This document shows, piece after piece, positions 38,061 through 51,595 of a stretch of DNA of 64,000 nt (within the stretch, counting starts at the first letter, position 1; each line of letters begins with the position of its first letter). Position numbers and translations under genes: made by a program. The stretch is from Octopus bimaculoides (taxonomy: Eukaryota). Below the pieces are notes generated by a model, which worked only from the letters and a program-made list of their open reading frames with translations, did no database searches and was not told where the DNA came from. The stretch spans positions 37,572,307 through 37,636,306 of the forward strand of contig NC_068984.1 in assembly GCF_001194135.2 (NCBI RefSeq), given 5' to 3'.

Positions 38061-38976
38061 ATACATCTTACAAATATTTGCTTTGCCAATCGAGTAAATG
38101 TTGCAACTCTCAACTATTCAGATTGAAACACTCAGTCATACACTGATCTGCCTACTGGTCGAAATTTTATATTTTTATGTATTACTGAATCTTTCTCATT
38201 TTGTTTGTCACCAACAGCTTTACTGTATCTCCTTTCATGCCATTGAGTCTATACTCGCCTCTCGCACCCCTTTACAGGGAATTCTCACTTGAGTTGTGGG
38301 TTCTCACTGCGTACACCTTATCTTTTGCAGGTTATTGTCAATTAGACAGCAATGTCTTATTCTGCCTCCGTTCGTTTTTATTCCACATTCTTACAAGACC
38401 TATATACAGCTAATTGTCAATTTATCTATGCTCATCACAACTTACTACGTCAGCCAAGGTTTACAAAAGCATAACATCAAGAAAATTATACACTTATGAG
38501 CGTTGACACTGCTTTGAAAAACATTATCAGAATATGTATATATATTTCCGCCTTTAATCTTCTAACGTATTAAAACTTTTGAGTACAGATGTAGAAGTGT
38601 GTACGTACATTTATGTCTTAGGACGTGTGTATATGTGTGTACCTCTACGCTATCGCAACTACTTTATACCTGAATACAGCACAGTTTTGGGGCAACACTC
38701 AATTGAGTTAAGGATAGCTTCACACTTCGCTCATTATGCCGGTTACAAGTTGCCATCATTTGAATTACAGTCTCTGTCTCCTTTTATCTTTATTCATTAC
38801 CTCATCTGGATTAAAAGTTGCTGACTCAGCATGTATTTATGCACATCCATACCGACTACGTCAATCTGCAAATCTTGGGCTATACAGGGGAATAACATAC
38901 ACAGAAAGATACACAGAATACTAATAAAGCATTGTATATATCAGCGCAAGATATGTTTCTATATATGTATACAGTG

Positions 38977-39023
<47 letters not shown>

Positions 39024-39475
39024 TAATCAGTTTTGCTTTAAAACGAGTGCATGCTCGTGTAGGGTCTGACTTTCAGACCAGAACCTTCGCAAATATGCAC
39101 TCGTATACTGTCAAAGGTTTCACATTTAACTTACAAAAATAAATGTGTATATAAAATTGGAGACATGTATGTACATTTATGCGTATATGTGCATGCATAT
39201 ATGTGTATTTCGTGTGTATGCAAATATGCAGCCCCACATACATACATACATACATACATACATACATACATACATACATACAGTAAAAGTGACCGTCTTG
39301 ATCTAAAACAACCACTGAACCTGCGATTTTTGACATAGTGAGGTCTCACTAAATTGCATCAATGTCACAACAATTGATTATATGTTGTTACTCGAGCATA
39401 ATCCTATGGCGGTGTAAAATTTTTGATATATGTATGAGAAAAATTTCATAACACAGCATATAATACATGAACTAT

Positions 39476-39598
39476 TTCTGCGCAAGGATATATTTTTAGT
39501 TTTGCTCTAATATATTTTAGCGGTTAAAATATCCTCTAAGGTTTTTTAACCCAAAAATTATTTTAGGCTAAAACTAAATATATATTCTTGTAGAGAAA
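39476..39598. repeat. Degenerate palindrome, possible small fold-back MITE
   Basis: Arms 39476-39534 and 39540-39598 align as inverted repeats (roughly 70% by eye): caag.atatat.tttagtttt...cta...ggttaaaa. Confidence 0.5.
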
Positions 39599-41743
39599 AA
39601 TCAATATGTTTAATGATAGTTTACTGTACTGATATAAATTCGTCTCACACTTGAATGAATCATCTTAGTTTCAGATCAGAAATAGAATATTTGTATGCAA
39701 TTGTTTACATATGTTTGTATTTAAAAAGTAATTGGTGAAAGTGAACAAAGAAAACTCCTCTATTATCTATCTTTTATTATCTACAACCTGAAATCGAATC
39801 AGTAAAAATGTAAAGAAAATCATTTTTAAGCCATTAACGTTTTCAGGTAGAAAATGAAAATATCGGTTTCTTTTTATCAGGAAGAAATGTGCCATAATTT
39901 ATGAGAAAGGTAATCGGAAGTTTTGACAGTTATTATTTTCTCAAAGATATAAGCAGATTAAGAAATGAAATGAACTCAACCGGAAGGCTGAAACTACGTC
40001 ACCAGAGTTTTGTTGTTGCTCCACGGTTTCCGCCAAAAATTCAAGTATTGATTTTTTTCTTAAACACAAAGTCAAGAATGGCACTGTGTAATATTCAATT
40101 TTGCTTTCAGTTCTTGTAAAGTGACTTGTCTTGGATCGGGAGTGGAAACCACACCTCAGATTCATAGCTTTATGCAAGGTGACACAGGACTCATTCAAAT
40201 ATTACCTATTTGGGTAACCTACACGTTTAGTCCTACATTATAACATAAGAACTGAATTTGGAAGAAGTAAGAAGCAATTTCAGAAAGAATTTAATGGGAT
40301 AAGATTTATTTCTCTCTTTCTTACATTATATCATTTTACACGAACGTATAGAATTAATTCCATTTCCTTTGCGAAGCCCAGTATCGTTTACGGTCCTTCT
40401 TTATATTATGATAACAGCCAGGAGGCATTTTTACTTCTAACAAAAATTGTAATTTTTACCTTCTTTTTTTTTATTTTTGAGAAAACAAAGATTTGGAAAA
40501 AGTATTGAAAAAAACGAAATTAAATTCTGAAGAAAAAGAAAACGCATGAAAACGAAGTAGTGATAATATACTTTGCAATAATGACGAATGTGTAAAAGTT
40601 TTATAAGATACTGGATAGGGAAAATGCCTACTGGCATCTCTTATCTGATTGAAGACCAATTATAAAACATTTTCTGTTGAAATATTACAAAATACTTGTT
40701 GTAATTACACTAATGCCTAAAATGTTACCGAATACTTTACTTAAGTTGTTATATTTTCACAAACAATAAAATGTTGCCGAATGCATCGCCAGGAGTGTTT
40801 TATTTACATTTACGTAAATAAAATGCTTTACCCGGAGTGTTATTCAAGGACTAAATGTTTTTTTAAAACTCGGGCTATTTGCAGGAAATGTTAGAGTGAT
40901 ACTTCTATCATTATATCAACTCTCTATTCAAATATATACCAAGAAAACAGCAGTGTATCATTCGGTCATTATAATTCAGGATAGAAATCAACAAATGTTT
41001 TACATAATCATGTGTTTTTAGCAGTTAATTTCCAATGTAAATATTTTAACAAATGTATGAACCCGACAATTTTGCTTCTAAAAAGGGAACAAAGCAAATC
41101 AAAATAATAAGAGTAAGAATTTCTATTTTTTTCACTATAAGGTTGTCATGAGTTTCTAATAATGACATAATAGACACACTATCCTCTCCTAGTTCCGCGA
41201 ATAGTAAAATTGTTGATATTGCAGTAAGAATCGATAAGAAATGGCTCGGATAGATAGATATCATTGGTTAAATATTTTTGACGAAAGAAACATTTTTGAA
41301 ACAGCCTCTATGTTTTATAGCAGCACTGTCATTAACAGTAATGAAGATAAAAAGACTGTCTTTAATACATATGTAACAGAGAAGTCGACTTTTAGCCCCT
41401 GCCTAATGTAATAAAGTACAGAGAGGTTTCGATTTCAAGATGACTCTAGTAAAGATATGAATATTTTAGATATATAGTGTTCTTGCAGAAGATAGATTCA
41501 GGCGCTTTTTTCCTGTTCATCATTTCACACTGTACTGCATCCTCTTCGCTAGTGTCATGGAGAACTGCTACCTGTTATCGGCAATAAATAACTTAGCGTT
41601 TTAGTTCTCCTGAGGCTTTGCCGTAAAGTCTAGATTTCCAATTAACACTTCAGTTCAATTATAACAACGGATGTCGGTGTCTAACTAAACGGACAACATA
41701 ACCTATTATAACAACAAAACCGGTGAACTGGAAGAACCCTCCT

Positions 41744-41852
41744 TTCCAGATCGATAAAATAAGAACTAGTCAAGTATTGGGATAGATGTAATCGACTTTC
41801 TCCGCCCCTCAAAATTGCCGGCCTTGGGCCAAAATTAGAAAGAATTATTATT
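41744..41852 (+). mobile_element. SINE family A 3' half
   Basis: gatcgataaaataag...gatgtaatcgact...ggccttgggccaaaattagaaagaattattatt. Confidence 0.75.
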
Positions 41853-41938
41853 GTTACAACAAAATTAAATGATTTAATATTCAGAAGCTGAAAGGACAAA
41901 GTAACAGTGATTTATACACTTAAATGTCACACTATCCG

Positions 41939-42278
41939 TGGAGGCGCACGACTCGGTGGTTTGAGAGTCGTGCTCACAATCATGAGGTAGTGAGTTCAAT
42001 TCCTGGACCTGACTGTTTATTGTGTTCTTGAGCAAGACACTTTATTTTATGCTGCTCCAGTTCACTCAGCTGTAGAAATTAGTTGCGACATCACTGGTTC
42101 CAAGCTGTATCACTCTTTGCCTTTCCTTTGAATAACATCAGTGGTGTGGAGAAGGGAGGCTGGTACGCATGGACGACTGCTGATCTTCCATAAACAATGT
42201 TGCCCGGACTTGTGCCACGGAGGGGAACTTTCTAAGTGCAATCCCATGGTCATTCATACTGAAAGGTGTCTTTACCTT
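41939..42278 (+). mobile_element. SINE family C (tRNA head, ttgagcaagacactt segment)
   Basis: ggaggcgca...gtgagttcaattcc...cttgagcaagacactt...ctccagttcactcagctg; 3' part matches 52845-53028. Confidence 0.8.
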
Positions 42279-43229
42279 TTACCCTATTCTTGGTTTGAGT
42301 CTCAAAGTGGCCAAAATCAGGAAGAAAGTTTCGGTGTAGTTTGTACCATCCGATATATAGACTGCAAGAAAACTTGATAGAGTAGACGGTGTGATAAATG
42401 CTTACATTATATAGTGCAACACTTGATTGTAATGTCATGTGTAAAGGTACGTTTGGCAAAAATCGAATGCTTACTTTACTGATTGAGTTGGGGATAGGTC
42501 AGTGACCTATTGTTAAGACATCACTTTGAGCAAAACTGACTTCAAATTTGCCATGTCTGTTTGGTCGCCCGAAGTAAAGTATATTTCTCCCCCTCATCAG
42601 TCATTGCTGCGTCCATTTTGTTTTTGGTTTTTCATCAGCACAAATATAAAAGTATTACATTGAATGTTGTCATACATCAGCTACTTTTCTCTCAGATTTT
42701 CTTTTTAAAAAATGGATTGCCATCGCTGTTTGCTTTCTTCCAGCCCATCCACCTTCCCTCTCTCTCTTTTCTTGCTTCCATGACCTGTTACTAAGAAGTA
42801 AATCTGTTGCTATGACTACTTCTGTTGTCGTTAAAATTATTATTATTGCTAGCACAATCCCTATTTGTCATGACCGCTACTATTATTTTCTATTTAAAAA
42901 CATTATTTTCGCTTAATGAAGTCATTTCCGTTTCTTCTATGAAGTGGTTTACGTTTGATGTCATTTTGATTTGAAACATGAGAGAAAAGAAAGAAAATGC
43001 CTATTCCTTACTAACGTGTGTGATTCTTGCGCTGTAAAAATTCGGTATTATGTTCTTTCATGCTGTGAAATTATATCGAAAAGCACACTTGATTTCAGTC
43101 ATTCTGATAATAATAATGTTTATTTGTTTTGTTGTTGTTGTTGTTTTTTTTTTGTTTTTTGTCTTTTTAGACACTGCACAAGGTTAGTTCTGTAGTGGAA
43201 GGATATAATTGACTGAGTAACCACCCGCT

Positions 43230-43277
<48 letters not shown>

Positions 43278-43964
43278 TCAACTCAGGTGCAATGAGAAGC
43301 AAAGTTTATCTTATAGAGTTTATCTTATTTTTGATTTTGATATTAGTATATTGAGGTATCTAGAAACTACATAACACAAAATAAAGAAAACTTTAAAGAC
43401 TAGATGGCATGCCAATTTGTGCTCTGTGTTAGTTGAAACCAACCCAATAAATTGATAACATTTAGTTATTTGCGAGGAGAACAGAACTGTTGTTTCGAGT
43501 CAAGTATTTCTTCGGAAACTGAGGCGATAGTCTCTAAGGAGAAATAAAATAAGGAGACGAAATACAAGGGAGAACAGAGAGAAGAAGGATAAAATAATAC
43601 AAGTGGATAAGAACGGCGGAAGAGCAAAGAAGAGAAGACAGAAAGGTAAAAAGAGAGGAATTGCAAGAAAGAATGAAAATCGTGTGAAAAGTTAATGTCG
43701 GCAAAATAGTTAAAGATAGAATTTAAAGAGAAAGACAAATAAAATTTTAAAAAGAGAAGAGAAAGTGGGAGGAGCAAACGTAGAGTTAATGTGAAAAGAT
43801 GAAAGAGAAAAAAGGAACACCCTATGTTATTTCCTCTTAGAAACTGTCACTCTTCATTATCCCAAGAAATGTTTCCCCCAGAATACAACATATTCTCCTC
43901 CCATCCATGAACATTAACATTATCCATTTTTCACTTAAAATGCTATAAAATCCTTTTTCACAAC

Positions 43965-44008
<44 letters not shown>

Positions 44009-44329
44009 CTCTCCCTTTCTATCTCTCTTTTCTCTCTCACTCACTCCCTCACTCTCTCTTGCTCTCTCTCGCTCTCTCTCTATCTGTCTACCTGGTAACT
44101 TACCGGCCTATCCGTCAATCTTACTAGCTGTCTCTCCTGTCGATATAAAGAATAATACATTAACAAATAAGAATTTCCAACATAGGCGAGTCAGCCTAGA
44201 GATGAAATTACCTTTGATCCCTTGAAAGTGATTGAAATAGAGGCCTATCAAGCATTGGGATGGATTAAAGGCAACTACCCTCCCATAAAATTCGTGATAT
44301 TGTTTGTGCCTATAATTAAAATTACTATG

Positions 44330-44480
44330 GTGAAGGTAGAGGTGGGGACAAAATGGTGAGAGTGGTGGTGTGAAAGTCGGTGAAAGGGGTGGTGGTGTGA
44401 GAGTCGGGAGAAGGGAGGACAAAATTGTGAGGGGGTGGTATGAGAGTCGTTGAAGGGGAGAACAAAATGGTGAGGGTAGA
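44330..44480 (+). repeat. G-rich degenerate minisatellite
   Basis: Recurrent ggtggtgtgagagtcg / ggacaaaatggtgag units. Confidence 0.65.
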
Positions 44481-44767
44481 AATATCGGAACTGGTTAAGT
44501 GGGGAAGCCATATGTTGACGGTGGAGATATGAGAATAGTTTAAGGGGGGAATAAATTGAAGTTAATGACATTAAAATCTGTAGAGACGAGGATCAAATGG
44601 TTTGCGGTTTTTAGTCGGGTTTCTTTGTTCCATGTTTAAAAGATGGAAAACAGAATTGACTTGTCATTTGTCCTTCGTCCTAGTAGACTTAACCGTCGAC
44701 AATCTTAGCCTCAAAAATATGCGGACTTGAGCCTTCAAATTGTTATCATTAATATTCAAACCAAAGA

Positions 44768-45036
44768 CGGCGAGCTGACGGAATCGTTACCGCGCAAGAA
44801 AAATGATTTGCAGCATTTCTTCCGACATTACTTTCTGAGTTCTAATATCGACGGGATCGACTTTGCCTTTCATCGTTCGTATTTACGTTATAAGTTCAAA
44901 TTCTACCGAGGTCGACTTCACTTCTCGTCTTTTCGGGGCCAATAAAATAAGTACCTGTTGAGTACTGGAGTCGATGTAATCGACTAGCTCCTTCCCCCAA
45001 AATTTTAGACTTTCTGGCGATGTAGAAAGAATTATT
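44768..45036 (+). mobile_element. SINE family A with internal duplication of the B-box/core segment
   Basis: ttctgagttctaatatcgacgggatcgactttgcctttcatc is followed by a second ttataagttcaaattctaccgaggtcgacttc. Confidence 0.8.
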
Positions 45037-45654
45037 CAAGAAATATTGTTGGTAAAACCATAAGAGCTCCAGACATAATTTCTTTCAGTTTTTAGTTGTC
45101 TCTTCAAGATTTGGATCTAAATTGAGGTTGATTGTGATATAATCATTACAACAATTTAGACCAGAAAAGATCGATTTTTCTAGGTTAAAAGCATGAGGTC
45201 TTCAATCGATCTTAATAAGTCACGTATTCTGTTTATTTTGTTGCATCAAATTTAAAGTTGAAACCAACGAGATCGGAACTCACAACATTAAGTATAAAAT
45301 TCAGTGTTAAGTTGATTCGGTTAACGTGGAAATTATTTATAAGTGTGAAGAATCATCCAATCATATTTGGTATTAATGAAGAAGCGTCTATTTTCCAAAA
45401 TCAGTTCCACTTTTCTGATCTTCGTGTATATTAATAAGTTGTGTGTGTGTGTGTATGCACATCTAATTGTATATATCTATCTCTCTTCCTCCGCCTCCCC
45501 TCTCTCTCTCTCTTTCTCTCTGTATACACACACACACAGAGAGATACAAACGTGTGTGTATTTATGTATGTATACATACACTTGGCTTCATACATCCACA
45601 CACATACATATGCCTTATATATATACATAAGGAACATGTATAAGGACATAATTT

Positions 45655-45747
<93 letters not shown>

Positions 45748-46769
45748 TGCGTAAAAGAAATTTGTAAGCGCGTGTGGACAGGCGTACGTAAATATACAGA
45801 AATATACAGTGATGTATATGTTCGTAAGTTTAGGTATGAATATATATATGCGAACTTGCATATCTATATATATAAAAGAGCGGTTCTGTGTGGGAGAGGT
45901 TGTGTGTACATTAGTGAACTTGTTACAGTATTTGATTTTTATACTCTGCTTGTTCCACCACGGGAAGCTATAAAATATCCAACTAAGTTTGTTTCCTATG
46001 GGAAGACAACTTTTAATTAGAAAATCCGATTTACCTTGATGTGAATCACATATAAATCCTTGGCAATCACTTGTAGAATATGTCAGAGCAGAGATAATGG
46101 TCGTAATTGGTCTTTTTACTGCTGTAGACAGGCACGCTCCGTTGGCAACCACCGTCAGAAAATGTTGTTGAAGATTCGGAGATGTTAGATATCCCGGGAA
46201 AATCTAATCACATGTCATTATTACTAATGCTAACGTATATATCGAAGACACGTTATAAACGGTAAACCAGCTTGTAGCCTAGCCAACTCCAACTGTGCAG
46301 TACATATTCTTACTGGAATCAAACACAACTTCTGCTTCAATGAGCAAATGATTGTAATTCGTAGGAATGGAATTTATTCTATAACAAGTAAAATTTTACA
46401 TGGGGTGGGGAATACTTAGATGCCACCACCCACCTATTAACCCTAACATGCCAAGTAAACCTTTCCTTAATGATGCATTGTATAAATACATGCACATCGA
46501 AGATTTATTAAGAATATTGATAATATTACAAATATTAAAGTAAGCTTTTAATGTTCTTTATATTTTACAAACAATTTTATCTCTTTTATTATTAGTAGCA
46601 TCAGCAGGTTACAATAAGTTTTGCAGAAACAATAAAATATCAGACTATAAATCTTACAATATTTTAGGGGTTTTGCTCTGCGTTGCAATTTCAGATCTCG
46701 ATGTTTTTTGTTTTGTTTTGCTTTTGACATTTTAACTTGGTATAAAATCATTCCCAGACAGACTTCAGC

Positions 46770-46930
46770 TTCTGACCCACGTAATCTCCTTTCTCTGGCT
46801 TTTACCACATTTGTAATGGCCTCTGCTCCTCCGATATGGCTGATCTCATTCCGCCTCCGCTGAAGCATTCTCAAGCCACTCGTTTCTCCTCTTCCCATCA
46901 TCACCTTGTTATATCCAACCTTGTAATGTC
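46770..46930 (+). mobile_element. CR1-group LINE 3' ORF relic
   Basis: FYHICNGLCSSDMADLIPPPLKHSQATRFSSSHHHLV (cf. FYRYYHGxCSSELxxLVPPP...TR...SH). Confidence 0.6.
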
Positions 46931-47264
46931 TAACTTGTTACGTCCTAACCTTGACTTAATAACTACGCCTAGTCCGACTTTCCCAGAAATGTGGACCGCA
47001 AGAATTCCCCCAGGTGTGACTTACGAAAGTTCAAGAAGAACAGTAATAGTATATATTTCACTAGTTTAAAAGAGACTGCAAAGGACATGGAACAGCCCAT
47101 TCCTCCAGTCCCAACAAGTAAAGGAACAGAGGTTGATAAAACAATTACCAAAACTAAAACTGCTCTGCTTCAATCAGCTAGACCCTTCTCCACCACAAAC
47201 ACAAACCATACATATCATTCATTAAAGTAGCCAATAATTAATATGTGCTTGTTGTATTTAACTC

Positions 47265-47440
47265 CAGATCAACCTTAATCAAGTAGATTCATGATTAAAG
47301 GCATTCCAATCCTTACCATCATTTCTTTTTAAGGTAAGGGAGCGTATTATCTAATATTTCCTTGTTTGATTTGAAAACGTAGGTTGTAATTAGACAGAGA
47401 GTTGATTGTTATTTGTAGCATGATGTGTGACGACACAATG
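47265..47440 (+). repeat. Dispersed non-autonomous repeat family (other copies ~17735-17770, ~59060-59150, ~63563-63605 reversed)
   Basis: Copies share a motif resembling gagatttggttgctatttctagcaggtcga; class not determined. Confidence 0.45.
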
Positions 47441-48599
47441 ACACCTTCACTTCCCCGTTTTATTGACATAAACGATTGACAAGCACTTCAAAACCTTTGT
47501 TCTGATTATAAATTCGCATTTTCTTAGGGATTTGACCCAAAGACTGACTGATTTTGGGAGTAAAATCATTTCCCCGTTCTAATGAACTCGGATAGAATTT
47601 GCTTATGATTTTATATAGTCCTATTTCAGCCAAGAAACGCGCGTAGTCTATGTACTAGCACTAACTTTTATACATTTATACCTCCATACTGTATATTATC
47701 GTATTAATTTTTACTGTCCAATTTATAAATTTGGCTTTTCAATTTTTTTAAAATCAATATTTCTATGATTATTTATATGATTTATTTATATAATATATTA
47801 TTAATTTAAATTTTAGATTAAAATCTTAGATATATTAAGATGGTATATGCCTCACAGCATGGATTTGGACGGGTTCTGAGTTGACTGAGTTGTAGAGTGG
47901 TGGTTCGTCTCTAAATTAGTTATATACATATATATTATATATTAGGAAACCCGGTGTAATATTATACCGATTTTTGCCTGTAAGGTTGGAATAAATTTTT
48001 ATTCCCTAATATTATTATTACACATATATATATAAATATATATATANNNNNNNNNNNNNNNNNNNNNNNNNNNNNNNNNNNNNNNNNNNNNNNNNNNNNN
48101 NNNNNNNNNNNNNNNNNNNNNNNNNNNNNNNNNNNNNNNNNNNNNNNNNNNNNNNNNNNNNNNNNNNNNNNNNNNNNNNNNNNNNNNNNNNNNNNNNNNN
48201 NNNNNNNNNNNNNNNNNNNNNNNNNNNNNNNNNNNNNNNNNNNNNNNNNNNNNNNNNNNNNNNNNNNNNNNNNNNNNNNNNNNNNNNNNNNNNNNNNNNN
48301 NNNNNNNNNNNNNNNNNNNNNNNNNNNNNNNNNNNNNNNNNNNNNNNNNNNNNNNNNNNNNNNNNNNNNNNNNNNNNNNNNNNNNNNNNNNNNNNNNNNN
48401 NNNNNNNNNNNNNNNNNNNNNNNNNNNNNNNNNNNNGATTTGCAATAAGACATGGTAATATGAAAACCTTTTTAAGCTTAAAAAACAAATTCAGTAATTA
48501 TTATTCTTTTGCAATTGTAAAAACTAAATTATTTTAAATTTACCAATATGTACATACAATTTGGTGGTTTACATCGCGGATGTACATGGCTGTGAATCG

Positions 48600-48885
48600 T
48601 CAACGTTAGCAGCTGACTCTGGCTGTTCTTGTTGTCCGATGCACTTAAAATACCGGTCGAGAGTTCCTTCTTTTCCACAAGGATTACATTATAAGGAGCA
48701 AAAGCTTCGTGATAAGTTCCCATAATCTTGGAAAAGCGTTGAGCATTTGGGTCCATATCCTCGAACATAGAAAGACCTTTTTCGATATATGCAAATGCTT
48801 GCTGCATTTTTTTAATTGTAAAGTGACGTGGCTCAAGTTCGACTTCCTCTTCTTTATTTTGCTGCTCGTGAAACTCCATCAAGTA
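48600..48885 (-). mobile_element. Tigger/pogo transposase C-terminal relic
   Basis: LMEFHEQQNKEEEVELEPRHFTIKKMQQAFAYIEKGLSMFEDMDPNAQRFSKI...YNVILVEKK, similar to TIGD1/Tigger C-termini. Confidence 0.8.
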
Positions 48886-49604
48886 TAAAGCAATCATCTA
48901 AATACCTCTTCTAGTTATCCCTTAAATAACAATGAAATGAGGTGCCATAGTTTTGTAGTGATGATTGGTATATTTTAAGTTCTAGGTAACCTATTACAAG
49001 GTTCGCAATCACTGGGGCAGCTCGGGTTCCCATTGCAATTCCACATTTTTGTCGATAGTAGGATGAATTTCAGTGCTGGGATTATGAATCTGTGGTTGAT
49101 GCGTCCTGGGAACTCTTCTGAGTATTTTTCTAGCCAGAAGGTGATTTCTTCTATACCATAATCGAGTGGGATATTGGTGTACAAGTTCACCACATCGAAT
49201 GATACTAACAGGGTTCCTTCATTTATTATCTTCGAGAGGTGGTTATGGATGTCTAAGTCATCCCTGATGAAGCTTTTCCATATTCTAAAAATGGTTTGAG
49301 TAGGATGACGAGGAAATTGCTCAAACGGTGGGTTTCACAAGCAGGGCCAGCAGTGATGGGTCTTAGTTTGAGGTTAGTAGGGGGAGGAACATTAATGCAT
49401 AGGCTTGGAGAATCTTTGCAAGCTTTACAAATATGTGTATTTTTGTGTATTTTAGGTAATCCGTAGAATAGACTTGGTCTATATTTAAAATTGGATAAAT
49501 AGTCAATTTCTTTTTTAGTGAGGCCCTTTCCATGTATTTGAAGTAAGGAGGATAAGTTTTTAAGTGTCTTCTGTAGGTTGTATTGTACTATCTTCTCATA
49601 GTAA
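48886..49604 (-). mobile_element. Penelope-like RT fragment (N-terminal half to YLDD)
   Basis: FYGLPKIHK...LRPITAGPACETHRLSNFL...LVSFDVVNLYTNIP...APVIANLVIGYLE...N*KRYLDDCFIL. Confidence 0.9.
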
Positions 49605-50553
49605 CATATATATATATATATTTATATNNNNNNNNNNNNNNNNNNNNNNNNNNNNNNNNNNNNNNNNNNNNNNNNATATATATATACACTTCGGCCATGT
49701 AATGAATATCAATTAGCTGATTTTACCAAAGCAAGGCCAATAAGTTAACGAGGTTTACCCTTTGATTACCATAGTGCCCAGTGCACTCCATCGTTCATTC
49801 GTTGAAATATTGGTAGCGCTATACTTCCTTGTTTGTCATCGTAACTTTGTTCCGGTTTCTTAAAAACAACTTCAGAAGAAAAGCATTACAGCGAGTCAAA
49901 ATAACAACTTATGTAAACGTAGATTGCAAAATTCCTACATATTATCTGCATTATCGATTTTCTTACTGATATGTCTAAAACACCAGCACGCCAAATACTT
50001 TAGTTTATTGGAAAGAAAAGTTTTGAAATTATTTGTATAATACCTTAAGAGCTGTCACCAGTTTTGTTTATCACCTAATTATGGAAAGCTAATGGACATA
50101 CTTTAAGTTGAAATAATACCATTAAGTTTAGTGCGATTCCTCACCAAAATCAGGTCGTGATGTCTCTCTTCTCTATTTTAAATTAATGTTCTACTGGAAG
50201 TTATTTAGAAATTTCAAGATGTGGTTGAAGAATGTCTATATATATATACACACACATACACACACACTTTGAATATATATATGTGTGTGTACATATATAT
50301 ACATGCATGTGTTTATATATATACGTATATATAGAGACAAACATATGTAAACATATATATACATATATATATGTATATAGAGAGAGAAGGAGGTGAGGAA
50401 GGAAGAAGAGAAGGAAGAAGGTAATTGTTCTTGTCATCCTTAATCGCTCATCAGTTACGGACATACTGTGTCGAAAACAAGTCAACCTGACGAATGATTT
50501 CGGTGGCAATCATATTTTAATGTTTATACCTGATGCGGTCGAAGAATAAAACC

Positions 50554-50602
<49 letters not shown>

Positions 50603-50612
50603 NNNNNNNNNN

Positions 50613-50661
<49 letters not shown>

Positions 50662-50745
50662 GGAGCTGCATTTTCGTGATACGGATATTTCATGATTACC
50701 ATACTTAGATATTTACGAGAATCTATGTTCTTTTCAAGTAGGTAG

Positions 50746-50782
<37 letters not shown>

Positions 50783-51357
50783 CATGTATATGTGTGTGTA
50801 TGTATGTATGTATTATGTATGTGTGTGTGTATGTGTGAGAGAGAGTGTGTGTGTATGTGTACCATGTCTGTATATAAACGTACACACATAGATGACAGAT
50901 GGCACATTGCAAATGTGTTCACGTGAGCAAACGTTAAGACATAATATATGTGATTCTGTGGTGAGAATCTTATCGATAAAATAGTTTCTGTGTGTTATAG
51001 TTGAACTCCTAAAGCTGACACTTTCTCTCTGAGCTGCGTAAATTGACATTCGAAGTCCCCTGTTATAATTCTATCCGCATCTAGAATGCTCCGATGTCAA
51101 GTACTAGTACTTTGTTTTATCGATCAAGGATGAATGGCTAAATTAACCTCAGCTGAATTTCGATTCAGAGTATAAAGAAAGGCTCGTAAAATATCACATG
51201 CAATTTATCCGGTGCTCTAATTATTTTCCCAATCCACTACTTTATTATAAATTTCTTTCTTAAAAGTAAAGCATTATAAACACAGCTCGGTAAGCAACGT
51301 TGCTTCTATAGAGTTGCATTTTGTACATATATATGTATGTGTATATGTGTGTGTATG

Positions 51358-51389
<32 letters not shown>

Positions 51390-51595
51390 CAGATTATTAG
51401 AAATGATACACTTCTAAATCTCTCAGAGAGACTTAAGAAGTAGTGATGTGATAAAGTAGTTGTATGCTGTCAACTTAACGTGACAGTCCCAAGAAGAGAA
51501 TCATACTTCTGCTATTTAGCCCTAGGAAGCTGCACCGCTTCCTGTCGGCCTTGACACATTTCCTGTGTCTTTATGTTTACGAAGGAGAGACAAAC

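Noticed and set aside
39947-40178. Two adjacent exon-like segments (39947-40044 and 40111-40178)
   Set aside because: Their only open frames are phase-incompatible and no homology was recognised.
41565-41580. TGTCATGGAG, matching the start of miR-281
   Set aside because: Only 10 nt match and there is no complementary arm for a precursor hairpin.
41046-41600. Several 50-70 aa frames on both strands in unique sequence
   Set aside because: Lengths are within chance expectation, splice support is weak and no domain was recognised.
50440-50515. CTGATGA (minus) and CTGACGA + hairpin (plus) as hammerhead cores
   Set aside because: No correctly placed GAAA, and no room for stems I and III.
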